This document shows, in pieces, positions 26,465-40,875 of a stretch of DNA of 64,000 bases. This DNA comes from Octopus bimaculoides. Lineage: Eukaryota. Positions within the stretch are counted from its first letter, which is position 1, and every line of letters starts with the position of its first letter. A program made the position numbers and the translations under genes. Under the pieces are notes generated by a model. The model did no database searches, was not told the DNA's origin, and was given only the letters and a program-made list of their open reading frames with translations. The stretch spans positions 27,871,430 to 27,935,429 of the forward strand of contig NC_068988.1 of the NCBI RefSeq assembly GCF_001194135.2, in the 5' to 3' direction.

Positions 26465-26727
26465 CGCATGTTTGGGGGTCTTGTGCTGTACTTTTCAACA
26501 CAACTTTCTCTCACTCTTACTTCCTGTTTCTGTTGTGCCTGTAATTCAAAGGGTCAGCCTTGTCACACTGTGTCACGCTGAATATCCCCGAGAACTACGT
26601 TAAAGGTACACGTGTCTGTGGAGTGCTCTGTCACTTGCACGTTAATTTCACAAACAGGCTGTTCCGTTGATCGGATCAACTGGAACCCTCGATGTCGTAA
26701 GCGACGGAGTGCCAACAACAACAACAA
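26465..26727 (+). mobile_element. 5'-truncated SINE with (CAA)n tail
   Basis: Shares CAACTTTCTCTCACTCTT.CTTCCTGTTTCT with the 3255 SINE but has a different 3' tail. CpG-rich. Confidence 0.7.
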
Positions 26728-27656
26728 TTTATCCCCACTTAAACATGGATGGTCTATTTGAAGAAACTGAACTGGAACAATTAGAGCGTCCACATTTTAG
26801 TGGAGAGAAATATTACTTCTTCATATTAAATGTGCCTCTGTCACTAATAAATATGTCTAATGTTTAATTAGAGGACTATTTTGCTGGACGTAACCTTCTG
26901 TAGCTTTGTCATTGATAAAACTAAGCAGATTTAATCTTAACATCTATTATAGAGATTTAAGTATACAATGGGAGAATTTGAATCTTTAGCTGAATTGAAT
27001 ATATTCATTGATATTTAAATATCAAAGCACTGTTGTCAAGAAAATGTCAGACTTACTAACAATTTATATTGCTTATATTGATGTAAAACTGACAAAACAT
27101 TTTCAGTAGTTTTTCATCACAATCATTAAGATTGTGTGTACAGAAATAAGTGTGTATATAATCTTGGGTGTACAATTAGATCTAAAGAAGGATCTCTTAA
27201 CAGTTCTCATCAAAAATGGAAACGAGTACCAATGTTCCCATGTGCAGACTTGATAATTAAAATTCCTGTTCACCTGAAACCATTGGTTAAAGCGCAAATA
27301 AAGTACACATTTATATATAGTTGATTTCTTCGTTTATTCTGATTTATCAATCTTCTAAAGTCTTAGTTTTTACAATTACATTTATTTTAAATTTACTTCT
27401 CTGACTTTACTTTTTTCAATATTTGATGAAATATAAAAATATAAATGCGCAATAGATATTCATTATACAATTGTTGTGGCGGCAATGGTGATGTGGCTAC
27501 AACATTCACCATATATTTCCTGAAACACATTAATAGAAATAAAGGAATTTAAAATTGGGTTGGGAATAATTTTTCAAGTGCTTATTTCCTAATTCATAAC
27601 AATTGTCATACAAAACATATAAATAGGCAAGCACACATGCATGCATGCACGCATGT

Positions 27657-27742
<86 letters not shown>

Positions 27743-29799
27743 CTAGATGTGTATGTGTTTGTCACACCCACCTCCATTACTTGGCAACTGATGTTAGTTT
27801 GTTTATGTTCTTGTAACTTAACAGTTTGGCAAAAACGATCAATAGGATGAGTGCTAGACTTTTAAAAGAAAATACTGGTATCCATTTACTCAACTAAACT
27901 CTTCAAAATAGTGCCCCAGCATGGCTACAATCTAATGACTGAATCCAATAAAAGCTGTAAGATTTCAGATCTGCATTTATTTTTAATTTTCATTTATGTT
28001 TTTATTCTTTATTTTGTTATTTGGAATCAATAATTTATTTTTGTTGCTGTTGAGGTAAAGTTCAGAGGAAATCCATTATGTAACAAAGACGGTGAACATG
28101 TTTGTACATATTAAACCTACATTGGTTTGTTGAATAAAAGTTTGTATCAATACAATATAAAGAGCTCAACTTTGTCGTTTATATGAAATAAATTTCATAG
28201 GCATTCATTTAATTAAATAAATTATTCAATTTCCAGTAAATTTGGTATTTGTATATTTTTCTTTGGTTTCTTATTGAAATTGGAGATAATTCTCAACTGA
28301 TTAATTAATGTCTAGAAACCTAATTAAATACATTCATAATTAATTGCATGTAGTATCTCAATGGGCAACAATTTTAGCTTCTCGTTATTTGTATGTCTCA
28401 TGTTTGTTTGTTATACTTGTTTGTTTATGTTTAGTAATTACTTTATAAATAGTACAGTTCAGTTCTGCTACACCTCAAAGGTGATATATCAATTATGATT
28501 ATTCTGTTTATATATTGGCAATAATTTCTTTTGAGAAATATTCTCATCATTGCTGTATTTTGTATAGCATTTTTAATCATCAAGACATTTATTACGATAA
28601 GAACCTGACGCAATCCTCTGGCTTGTCTGTTCATGTCAAACTGTCCAACCCATGCCAGTCTGGAAAATGAGACATTAAATGATTATTATGAGGACACAAA
28701 CACACATGATTTACTTGTGTATGAGTTGCACTCCTAATTTAGTGTTAGATCTTGGTACAAAGTTTGTTCCCTACATGTTCAAACTTTGCCCTGTATATGT
28801 CGCACTACAATTTTTTCTCCTAAAACCAAGTATAAAACAGTATGACTTACACACACACACATACACACATACACACACACACACACACATTATGTATATA
28901 AAATATCCAGCTTATTCCTACCTCAAGAGCTGTCCCAATAATAATGACCAGCAGGGTAAATTTATAAATATATATATATCATTATTTGGCTAACTCCATT
29001 TTGAAACATTGTTTTTCATAATAGACTTATAAACAGCTTGTAAAATATTTAATTTTTTCCCCCCTAATAACTGATGTAATTGTATTGTTAAGTAATAAGA
29101 ATGTTTGTTAAATTGATTGGATTATTATTGTAATCTGGCCTCATACTAAAGTGATATGATAAAAAGAGCACTTCATTGTAATACTTTAGAATCTTCTTGC
29201 TGTTATAGAAGTTACAAAAACAAACAACAACCATGGATGGATTTCTTCTGATAAAGTTGATAGAGAACAATCAGAATATTAGGACAGTATTTTGTATGTG
29301 GGTTTTACCACAAAATAGAAAGAAAAGGTTGATAACAATTTGGAACAATATTATTAGTGCTGAGCTATCCTGAGGGAATGATTTGCAAGTGCCATGTCAA
29401 AAACACTGGTGTTGGCGCCATGTAAAAAGTACCCAGTACATTCTGTTAAGAGGTTGGCATTAGGAAGGGCATCCAGACTTAGCAAACATGCCAAAACAGA
29501 CAGTAGAGTTGTGGACAGCCCCTGACCTTACCAGCTCCTATCAAACCATCCAACACCTGCTAGCATGGAAAACAGACATTAAATGATGATGATGATGATA
29601 GGAAGTGAAATTTCATCTGTAAAGCTACACAAAAAATAGCTTTGTCAATGAAATTGGATACATCATAATCAGAAACAAATAACCATTTGTATGAACAGTG
29701 ACTCTTTGTTTACAATAAATATGCACATGCCAAAACAAGAATATGCATCCGCGCGTGTGTGTGTGTGTGTGTGTGCGTGTGCGTGCGCGCGCAAAAAAT

Positions 29800-30178
29800 T
29801 TACTTCGGCTTTTTGCTCCTCTGAAGCATTGGTCATCAGTGACTTTTCTCCACCCTTACCAATTCTTGGCTGTCTTTTTCTGTTTTTTTCCCCCATTTGG
29901 ATCCTTCCTTCTCGGCTCTTCCATAGTATCCTTCATATGTTTCCCTGGGGGAAGGATTTCCTCTCCCAAGTCTTGCTGGCTTTGAATTATCATCAGTGCT
30001 TCTGTAACTTGGCTTCTTTCAAAGTTGGGCTGTTAGCCCAACACAAACCCATTTTTACCTCTTGGAAGAGGTGGTCCATACTAATCTGGCCACTATACTT
30101 TGACCTGTCCAGTGTGGGAGGCCTGACCAGGAGCTTGTACTCCACTGGCATAACTCTCAGGGTTGTTGAGGCATACTA
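29800..30178 (-). mobile_element. Bipartite RTE derivative, copy 2
   Basis: Same layout and same junction (CATCAGTGCTTCTGTAA on the + strand) as copy 1. Confidence 0.65.
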
Positions 30179-33100
30179 GCCACAGAACCACATCTAGAAC
30201 TGGACCAATGGGCTTCGTCCAATTTCCATGTATCAGACTTCATTCATAGTGTATTGGTCAACCCATTGTTATATTAGGAAACCCTAGCCATCAGATCCTT
30301 GCAATGGGAGCGAACCCCAAAACACATGGTACACAGGAACTAAAAGAAGCCTCTGTCTGTCTGTGTGTCTGCCCGTCTGTCTGCCTGCCTGCCTGCCAGC
30401 CAGTCTGTCTGTCTGCTTGTCTGTCTCAAGCTACTCTATTTAGGGAAACTACAATGATGTATGAATTAAACAGTGATATTATTTCTAAACTGACTGCAAG
30501 AATTGCAGTTCTTAACGAAGTCTGTATTAAAAGAGCAAATATTAAGAATACCAAATCATTATCATTCTGCCTATGTTTATTATTGTTATATAACAACTTA
30601 AATATATCTATCAACATTGAAGGCAGGAAGTATAATTAATATCACATTGTTGGCTGTTGGACTTCAATCATATTAATATAAATGTATCTGAGATACCATA
30701 TTAATTTCATCAATGTTCCTGAAATTGATATTGGTATAACCTCAGGCTTAAAAGAATAATTATCTACTAATGATATTAATGTATTTGACCTTGTTGAATG
30801 GAGAGAAATATATTGCTATTTGGGAGGCAGTTGGAGATGCAGGGGCGGGGGAGGAGTTTAGATTAGACTGCTACTGCAGAGTTTATTATTGAACCATTAT
30901 TAGGAGATATTTGAAGATGATATTCTTGTTATTTATTAACAGTTTAAGCAGTTCGCTTGGTGAAGTTTATAGACATGTGCTAAAGTGATGTCTTAAGAAT
31001 CTCTGATAATAACTTCATTAGATTGAATCACATGTTTATTACTTCTGAGATGGCTTTTATTGGCTACCAGCATCTGTGTGTGTGTGTTAGGTTTTGATAT
31101 TTATATAAAGCATATAGCTTGCAACCTCTACTGCCATTTTTTTTTTTTTCCTGTAACTATTGCAGTAAAAATGTTGCACGAAACCGTTTTCTTTATTGTA
31201 GTTTTGTTCTTCTAAATAACTTTTGCATTAAACCCCTTTGTGTGCATTTTCTTCTTTTTGCAATCTTCCTCATATTTTATCATCACTACCACATCACCAC
31301 CACTATCGTCGCCATTATTGTACCTTTTAACAGATAATTTTTAATTATGCAGCTTGGTTAATATTTGAATTTGCCTTCATTAATTTCAGGTTTCATTCAA
31401 CTTTGTTGCAAATGATGATGATGATGATGTCTGTTCTAAAATCATCTAATTAAAAATCCGTGTAAAGAATAATTAGATATTGAGTAAAGATTAAATATCT
31501 GCCATAGTTTTCGCTGATTAATTTTATGGTTAAAATGAGGTTTACAGTGGTAGTGTTTGTATTCTTAGTCACTTTAATGGTTAAGTTGATAATTATATTT
31601 AAATTGGATGTTATTAGTTTTATGATTTAACTCCTATTAATTATTTTCAATGAATTTTAACCTTTTTTTCATACCAAATCACATAAAACCACCCCTGATT
31701 CTTTGATGCAAACTTCCTGTTTTAAATTAGAACCTTTCATTAAAATTTCATGTAATTTATGTTCCAAGTACCAAATTAATTACAAGGTATTTTATTAAAT
31801 TCTTCCCTGTTTTCAAAATTATTAAAAACTACCTGAGACCATCCTTGGTTCTATGGTACAAGCTTCCTGTTTAAAATATTTTAAATTAAAACTTAGTTTG
31901 TGTTGTGTATGGATGAAGATAGCTGCATAAAGAAGTGCTGAGCTCTAATTGTGGAGGGAACCTGTGGAAAGGGTAGACCCAGGAAGACGAGGGATAAAGG
32001 ATCTTCAGTCACTGGGTCTCACTGAGGAACTGACAAAAGACCAGGCGTTGTGGCAATTTGTTGTACTTGAGAAAACACAACAAGCTAAGTAAAACTGAAG
32101 TCCTTCATACATACAGGCTTGCTCCTTAACAAGTGCCAGTGCCACATAAAATGCGCCTGCGCTGGTGCTGTATAAATACACCCGTAGCGGTGGCATGTAA
32201 AAAGCACCCAGCACACTCTGTAGAGTGGTTGGCATTAGGAAAGGTATCCAGCCATAGAAACTATGCCACAACAGACAGTTGGAGTCTGGACAGCTATCCA
32301 ACTGGCCAGCTCCATGTCAAACAATCCAAAACATGCCAGCATCGAAAATGGACAATAAATGATGATGATAATGATGCAAACACCAGATGAATAATGACAG
32401 TTATTTTACTAAATTCTTCATTACTTTTGAAATTAATTGACATAAGATGTAGCCAGTATCTTTGTTTTAGCAAAGTTCCATCATAATGTCAAAATAATTG
32501 GTTGGAAAATATTGTGGAACTGATTTTAATCTGTTAGTAGACATCAAGCAGGCCTGATGTAGACTTGGTGATTTTGTGTCTGATTGAATGCAATACACAG
32601 AATAATTAGTTATAAGAGACAAATGTTTTTTTTTTTTTTGTTCTTTCAGCTGGTAGTGGCATGGATTTTTAATCAGGACAGGTATTTAGGATGGATCAAC
32701 CATTATTTTGGGTTTTAGGTAATATGGAATTAAGCATATGTTAATGAATTCCATTTTTGTACCATCATAAACCAAACTCAAAATATTATACACTAGTTAA
32801 CCCTTTTCTATTGAAATACTGATGAATTTAGTAAAATAACATTGTCATTATTAACCTGAAATTTTGATGATAGGTTTTAAAAGTTTATATCACAGAACCA
32901 GAAACAGTCCCAGGTTGGTTGGTAACAAAAAGCTTCCTTTCTGTTTCTCTTCAATAGTTCTTATATCATACAGTAAAGCCTGTAGAAAACAGGTTTTTTG
33001 CCTTTTTTAATCATCCTATTTCTATTTTTAATCTTTTATTACTCTTCAAGAAGATTGTCAATTCTGGTTTTCTTTTGATGCTATTTTTCATGGATCTCTC

Positions 33101-33619
33101 CCACCTATTTTTTAAAAATAGTTTTGCTGCTATTTCATTGAATTTTTCTTTTTAGTAAATCCATTCAACTGAATTACAGATTCAATTATAAATTCTAGTG
33201 ATTCTCAGCCAGTTTCTATTACTGTTCATTGTTTTATTTCAGTAGCTGTCAGTCATGTGTGAACTTCTTGGAATACGTGCACTTTGTAGTTTCTGAATGC
33301 CTTTTACCATTAAGAATTTTGAGAAGGCAAATCGAAATCAATGTCATTTTCTAGTTTAGCCTAGTTTAGCTAGCTTCTTGGAAAGAATTGAGAAAATGGT
33401 ATTTAAGAGGAGAGAATCAATAGATTTCTTCTGACATACTTCAACATTATTCCATATAAATCTTATAATCATATTTCCTATTATATAAGCTTTAACTAGT
33501 TTTTTTATATATATCATCAGCATCACCATCATCATTTTAACTTACACTTTTCCATGTTTGCATGAATCAGGTGGAGTTGATTGAGGCAGACTTTTTTTAC
33601 AGGTGGATGTCAAGACATA

Positions 33620-33835
33620 GACGCAAATGTACACATACCGACAAATACACGCACATGCACACACAGCGACACGCGCACACACCGGCACTTGCACACACAC
33701 ACACACACACTCTCTCTCTCTCTGACACACACACACACACACTCTGACGCACACACACACACACACACACACGCATAATCTGACACACACACGCACAATC
33801 TGACACACACACACACACACACACACATACTGACA
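33620..33835. repeat. Compound degenerate (CA)n repeat with recurring TCTGAC interruptions
   Basis: TCTGACACACAC/TCTGACGCAC units recur several times. Confidence 0.85.
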
Positions 33836-34710
33836 CAGTAGATTGACTGACAACAATACACATTTTAGCTCCAAACTTATCAAACTGAGTTCTAAGATGG
33901 AATCATTACAGAAGAACAAGTTATTTCATTAAGAAATAACCTGTGTTAAGAACACAAAAGACAAATTCATGATAGTAATTTTGAGGAATGCAATGGCATA
34001 AAGCTGGTTTAGGTGGTTCTTGTGGCTTCATTAAATACTATAACCAACTGAGAATCTATTTACACAGTATTACTGCCGTCTGGTGTAACATAATACTTAT
34101 AATATAATTAGTCTAACTCTAAACAACCAGCTTCTCTTATTAGCTTTACACAACTAACCTGATATAATTATTACTTTGAGTTCATATTATCTCACATAGT
34201 AAGCAGCAGCCTTTTTCTTTGATAACCTCAGTTGCATAGAGAGGGGAGAAAAGGATACATGGCAAATGACAATCTTCTTTCGAATAGAACCTCATCCAGG
34301 CCTGCCTAAAAGAGTTACAGACATGGTCAGCCCTGCTAGGCTCAGGGACACAGGCATATATCTAATAATATTGAGTACAGTTTCCACATACCAAATTCCT
34401 ACAAAGTTTTGGTTGACCTCAGCTGTTATGCAAGACATTTGCCCAAGGTCCAGAGGCATGTAATTTCAAAGCATATTCCTTAACTGCTGTCATTCTCAGA
34501 CCCCCCCCCCTCCAATGAAAATGTATTACTGACTCTATCATTCTCTAAAGTGGTGTTTGCTTCTTTTTTTACTCTTTTGTGTTTATAGATGCAAATGTGA
34601 TTGTGGTTCCAGGTTCAGTTTCACTGCATGACACCTTGGTCAAGTGTCCTCTATTATAGTCCTGGACTGGCCAAACAAAGCCTTATCAGGCAGACACTGA
34701 AAGAAACCTG

Positions 34711-34783
<73 letters not shown>

Positions 34784-36520
34784 ATGCTTGGCTGGTTGAA
34801 ACTTCGAAATTGCTGTAAATACTATTCATGTTAAAGAGCAATAAATTTGTACTTTACAAAAAGTATTGAGTATTTAATTAGAACTTAACATAAAAATAAA
34901 CTTTAATGTGTGTCTCATTATCTCTTGACGTTGTATGATTATTGTAAATGAGTGCAATTAATTAATTAATTTTGCAACATTTTGCAAAATATTTAGCTTC
35001 CTTTTTGTTAATAGTTGAGAGTTATGTATATATATTAGAATATTTCTGAAAATTATCCAACACTCAAATTTACATTCCTCATTCTGAAACTTGAACTTCA
35101 ATTCAGCATCTATCACAGAGACATTAGTAAACTTGTAGCTAGGTGGGTCACTGTGACCTGGTTTAACTTCCTGTTTGGAGTCATTTGACTTACATTGGTA
35201 ATGTCCTTGGGAATTATATAACATCATTCGTTCTCCCTTTTCTTTGCTCCAAAACAAAGTCTCAGATTTCATAAAACACAAGACGTAAACAAATACATGA
35301 TGAAAAGAATAGTTCTGTGAATAAGGTTCATCATACATGATTCTTGGTCATGAGTTCACATGTTGATGCATATTTTATACTGTGAATCTATGTGAAGAGA
35401 CACTAGACTCTATTTATCTAGGATCACATGCCTAATTGTATATTCCTTGCTGTGAGACAATACACAATGTCTGTAGTAAGTTATGACTTGATTATTTGAT
35501 CAGTAACTAAACATAACCAAAAGTTCAACTTTAGCTTCAAATTCGTTGTCTCTTCTCATTGAATGAAGTAAATATATTCAAAGATTACTTGTGAAATATA
35601 TACTTTATGGCATCATCTTGGATTACAAATATATATACAATGAGAGCAGTGCATTTTTTCTAGATTGATATTTAGTTGGTTAATTGATGCAGTTGATATT
35701 TTGATGTTAAAAAAAATTGTATTTCTTCAATGCCTAGCTTCAGGGGAGGAATTCAGAGACCCAGTTTTTGACGAGTCAGTGCTAAAAAAAGAAAAAAATG
35801 GAAAATTGAATAATATCGCTTCTCATTTACTTCATTTTTATCTTTGTTATTGGTGTTAACATCATCGATTATAATGTGTTACGATGTGAAGAAATTGAAA
35901 GAGGTTACAAATAAATTAATTGTAATTGGTGCAGGCGTGGTTGTGTGGTTGTGAAGCTTGCTTTCCAACCACATAGTCTCAGGTTCAGTTCTGCTATAAG
36001 ATGCCTTGCAGTATTTATTTTGGTTCTTTGTGTTCTGACAGCGATGGCTATGACAACAGTGGTACCAAGTAGTATGGGCTCAAGTTGGCAGTTTTCCTTT
36101 TGGATAAACATTGTCATGGAGTGGAGGGGAGATTTGCATTCATGGACAGCTGCCAGTCTTTAGAAAAATCTTGCCCAGGCATTTGTGTGTTGATAGGTAA
36201 CCAGCTTTGACCAATAGTGACTCTATATTAAAGAAACTTATCCCAGAAGAGATAAAGCGGTTGAAAAAGTGGGCAGGCGGGGATCTAGCCGTGAATTAAA
36301 TACCAGCCGTGATCAACTTTTACTCTTCACTTACTTTGGTCATTGGACAGCAGCCATGCTGGGACACTGCCTTGAATGGTTTTAGTCAAACAAATCAACT
36401 CCAAAAGTTATTTTTTAAAAGTTCGGTACTTATTCTGTCGGTCTCTTTTGAGGACTGCAAAGTTACAGGGACGTAAACAAACCAACACTGGTTGTCAAGT
36501 AGTAGCGACACGCACACGCG

Positions 36521-36561
<41 letters not shown>

Positions 36562-37074
36562 TTGACTTCCATACAATTTCCGTCTACCTAATTCACTCAC
36601 TAAGTATTGGTCGGTTCATGACTGTATTAAGTGCCGCCCAGTGGTACTGAACCTGAAAATACTTGGTTGCAAAGCGCCTCGGCTTTCTTTCCAACCTGAT
36701 GCATACAGATACGAAAACTCGACAAACTTACACAACCTTTGTTGTACTAACTTGTAAAGGTACATAACTCTGCATGCTTCATTTAACTTTACTAGTAACA
36801 GACTTCTCTTTTGTTCAATCGAGTGGTTGGACATTTAATATGCGATGTAGATGTTTAAATTTCCAAGTAAATATGGAAGTATCTTTTTAAAACTGTATTA
36901 ATAATAAATCGTGCAGAAGCAGTTAGAGCGTTAAGAATTAGTTTTATTATTTCCTTAAACCCATTTGTTTCTATAAATATCTTAATGGCATTTGGTGCTG
37001 AGCCAAAACACACCAAAATAGTTTCTGTGTGTACAACCATACAACCATTAAGTTTACCGATTCATAACAGATGA

Positions 37075-37535
37075 CAATAGATCTTTTTTAGAGCAGTTCA
37101 GAAATAATGTTTTATTTTGCACTGACTGTGCCCTGGGAAGAACATATGGTGGCTCACATGAGGAAGCTTGCTGAATACCAGGAGCTAGGAGAGCAGTACA
37201 AAAACCAGGGCTAGCAGGTACGTTGTGAGGCACTTGAAGTGGGCTGCTATGGTTTTGTGGGGCATTCATTCTGCAAAGCCCTGATTGATGGAGTTACTGG
37301 TGCAGTAAAGTAGAGGACCGTAAATTTCATCATGTAAGCTACCAAGAAGGTCACTAAGGTGGATTTGGATAAAGAGAGCAAACCAGTGGCTTGCTGCAAC
37401 TGGGATGCAACCTAGGATTTGATCAACCACAACTGGGTCAATTGGGCAAGTGGTTTTTGATGTTGAAAGACCCAAAACCCCATCAGACCCCAGGAACATC
37501 ACTGATGATACATCCCATCCCTGAAGTGTATCTTG
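37075..37535 (+). mobile_element. 3' fragment of a HERO-like (NeSL/R2 group, REL-type) non-LTR retrotransposon, pseudogenised
   Basis: LTVPWEEHMVAHMRKLAEYQELGEQYKNQG*QVRCEALEVGCYGFVG...RWIWIKR resembles the ELTVPWEE...RK..KY.EL...EVGCRGF motif. Contains stops and a frameshift. Confidence 0.75.
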
Positions 37536-37597
37536 GTACTTTATAAAAGGATGTCTTTGTTACTATTAGTTACAATAAGTAAAATGTGTATTTGTAA

Positions 37598-37816
37598 TCC
37601 TTTAGCATTTAATCCAGCCATATCCGGTCCAAATATTCTATCTGTTTTATGTCAAAACTGACCACATCCAGCCTCTCACACCTACCCTACAGCATCATTC
37701 TACAAATATACAAACACACCATTGAAATCTTGAAGCTCTGAAATAATACATGATTGGTTCAAAACAATGGGAATAAACAAGCAATACATTTGACGAAGGA
37801 ATCTGAATGCTAAGGG
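37598..37816. mobile_element. piggyBac-like MITE (same family)
   Basis: TCCTTTAGCATTTAA ... CTGAATGCTAAGGG|TTAA. The interior resembles 4609-4777. Confidence 0.75.
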
Positions 37817-38270
37817 TTAAAGGCAACTTCATTTTCCTTTTGGCAATGCAAAGAGTCATAAATAGTTAAATAATTAATGTTCCTGACAAAAATACAATTT
37901 TCAACAACCCAGTTTACTTTCTCAGTGCAAGTACCATAAGATTTGCTTCTTTCTCCATTGTCAGAATTAGGACAGTGTATAAATGATTAATGTTCTATTA
38001 TCTTTTATTGGTGAACTTGACTCAAAAGCTATGAATATCATGTCTTCTAGTGTAAGGGAAATAAATTATCTTTGTGGCTTGAAATGAGCTAAAAGTTCTG
38101 AAGTTTATTTCAGAATATTGTTTTTGTAAACTTTTATCATGGAAGATTTTTCAGTTTAAAGAAGACAGAGGAATCACTATTTGATGTTTTAACTATAATA
38201 AATGTCAATGTTTACATTTATAAAAGTAACTTTCAATTAATTGTTTTTTTTTTGTTTTTTTTTTCTGCAG

Positions 38271-38491
38271 GTGCCTTGAGGCGCTGGTGAGACCAGAGCA
38301 ACCATATCTCCTTACCAATGACATTTCTACTGCCCACTGTGTGGGTATTTTAGAATGCTTACCAAACTCTGTCAAGCTGGCATCACATGATAAAGGGCAG
38401 CTGGGAACCAAAGAATCTGAGCCTGAATTATATGAAACCAACCATGATAAGTGTTGGATGAATTCTCGAGCTGACGCCAGTGTTATAACAG
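38271..38491 (+). CDS. milt: Milton/TRAK upstream coding exon (N-terminal region)
   Basis: Long T-tract acceptor ttttttttctgcag ends at 38270; donor ACAG|GTAACT at 38492. The 221 nt are open in one frame (73 codons). The phase-1 end joins the 44715 exon to give ...WMNSRADASVIT-D-VCNRADLPEVE, resembling TRAK2 LMNSNHRDSESITDVCSNEDLPEVE. Confidence 0.8.
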
Positions 38492-38923
38492 GTAACTTTG
38501 GAATCCTTTCACTGAAATTCTTCTTCAGTACAATCCAAATGTCTCTTAATGCAGCACTCTGTCACTCTTTTAGTATCTTATTGCTCCATTGTGGTGAAAT
38601 CTATAGTTTTCTTTGTGAAATTTCACAAATAAATTCTAGCTATTTGCATGTGAATTTTTAAAGTCATTAAGACAATGGCTTGCAGAGGAGGAAGAGCAAG
38701 CACATGGATTTTAAAGTTCAGGTGTTCACAATGAACACCTGGATACAGTGAACACCTGGATACTGTGAACACAGCTGACCTTAGTGAATAATAGAGGATG
38801 GAATATTGGAAAAGATATTTGTCAATACTTGATTTTTTATGAACTCCTTTTTCTGAACCGCCAAGTTACAGAGATGTAAACAAACCAACACCAGTTTTCT
38901 AGTGGTGGTCATGGTCGGGGACA

Positions 38924-38965
<42 letters not shown>

Positions 38966-38975
38966 NNNNNNNNNN

Positions 38976-39013
<38 letters not shown>

Positions 39014-40244
39014 TGATGGACTGGCACATGGTATCCATTTACCAAATCCGTCACAAAGCTTTAGTCAGCCCAAAGTTATAGCAGAAAACACTTATCCTTT
39101 GTGCCATGGAATGGGATTGAGCCCCACACCACATGGCTACAAAGTGAGCTTCCTAACCACATGGCCATGCCTGGACCCATAAGATAAAAAAATAACCCTT
39201 CATAATAAGTTATCTTTTGATAAATCTTCAATATACGTTATGAGAATTTATGACAATGCAATGGAATAAGCATAATTTAGTGTTGCATTTCTTTCAAGAT
39301 TATTCGCTTATAAATTGATCTTAAAGTATTAAGTATAAGATTATAACGAATATGTCATTGCTGTTATTCATTGAGTTGAACTATCGTCAAGTATGTTCCA
39401 ACCATCATCATCCCAGCTTCTCATCTTCTTTCAGACAGTTTATCTAGAGCCATAAGTCGTTCATTTTCTAAGGTGGCACAGTTTGATTTCAAAGAGGTTT
39501 CTGTTGGGTCAAGAGACTACATTGATTATTCCTTCATCAATTGCAATGATATCAAAACTCAACCACACACCTAATCTAAACTGTACCCTAATCTTAATGC
39601 AAAATAACAAATAATACACATTATAATAGAACATTCGTCTTAACATGGTTAAAATACGATCATCTCGCTCAAACAATGGATCAGGGGAGTTAACTTGGAC
39701 TAGATTAACAAATGATAAATCTTAGTGTAGCAAATCCAAAATTGATTGGTCTTCTGTCAGTTAACCATTCTTGTATTAGATAATTTGACATTCAAATAAT
39801 ATAACTGCAGGTTTCCTGGAATAATTTTTGGTAGGGTTCACAATTCCCCTATCCTAGAATGTTGCATAAATATCTGGTGCTTGGCACCGTGAGCCACCGA
39901 CATGTTTGACCCAGTTCAGTTGAACATTATCTCACCAATTGAAGAATGTCAGCAAGAATATACCTTTTATCAGATCTCTCTTTAGTCCCTTACCATTACC
40001 ACAAAAGTTTTCTTTTTCATATTATTTATCCTTAAGTTGCTCACTGCACCCTAACAACACAGTAAAACTTTCAGCTGTTTCTTTCCATCTTGCCTCCTTT
40101 TCTTGACATCATAGCAAACAACACACCATCTCAGTTTCATTTACATTTCCTTAAATCTCCCTCATATATCATGCTACTGTGCTATTATTAATTATTCGTT
40201 GCTAATAACAAATTATTGTTGTTGTTGTTGTTAATGTTACCATT

Positions 40245-40422
40245 AAGGTGGTGAGCTGGCACAATTTCTAGCACTTCAATGGCATTTCATTCGTCTTTAG
40301 ATTCGACTTTGACTTCGATCTTTTCAGGATTGATAAAATAAGTATTTGTCAAGTGCTGGGGTCAATATAATTAACTTCCTCCTTCCCTAAAAGACTGTTG
40401 ACATTGTTCCAAAATTTAGAGC

Positions 40423-40455
<33 letters not shown>

Positions 40456-40680
40456 GGTGGTGAGCTGGCAGAATTATTAGCATACCAGGTAAAATGCTTA
40501 GTGACATTTCGTCCATCTTTACATTCTGAGTTCAAATTCCACTGAAGTTGACTTTGCCTTTCATCCTTTCCGGGTCGATAAATTAAGTACCAGTGAAACA
40601 CTGGGTTCAGTGTAATAGATTAGTCCCCTCTCCCCCCAAAGTTCAGGCCTTGTGCCTTTATCAGAAAGGATTATTATTAT
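40245..40680 (+). mobile_element. Two tandem family-B SINEs
   Basis: Same head and tail motifs with a (TTA)n spacer. Other family-B copies lie near 1930, 2160(-), 9865, 10090(-), 23230, 26250, 59255 and 62330(-). Confidence 0.85.
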
Positions 40681-40701
40681 CATTATTATTATTATTATTA
40701 T

Positions 40702-40875
40702 TCAGTAGTCTTCTTTTTATCACATGCTTTCACAGCTCTGTGTGCCATGAGTATGTGCCGTGGTTTGTCGTGGCGCTCTTATTTTCACTGTATTGAAAGT
40801 CTTATACGAAGGATGTGTTATATACACTTAGAAGTCCTGATGTTTTAGTTATATATTTGTCTGAAAGTTTTTTTT
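40702..40875 (-). mobile_element. Decayed second R4/Dong-like 3' end, in tandem with the copy above
   Basis: Aligns by eye to 40918-41130; flanked by (TTA)n. Confidence 0.75.

Noticed and set aside
34958-35338. 126-aa minus-strand ORF
   Set aside because: No recognisable domain or coherent splice structure. Compatible with chance among six frames, though I cannot exclude a nested exon.
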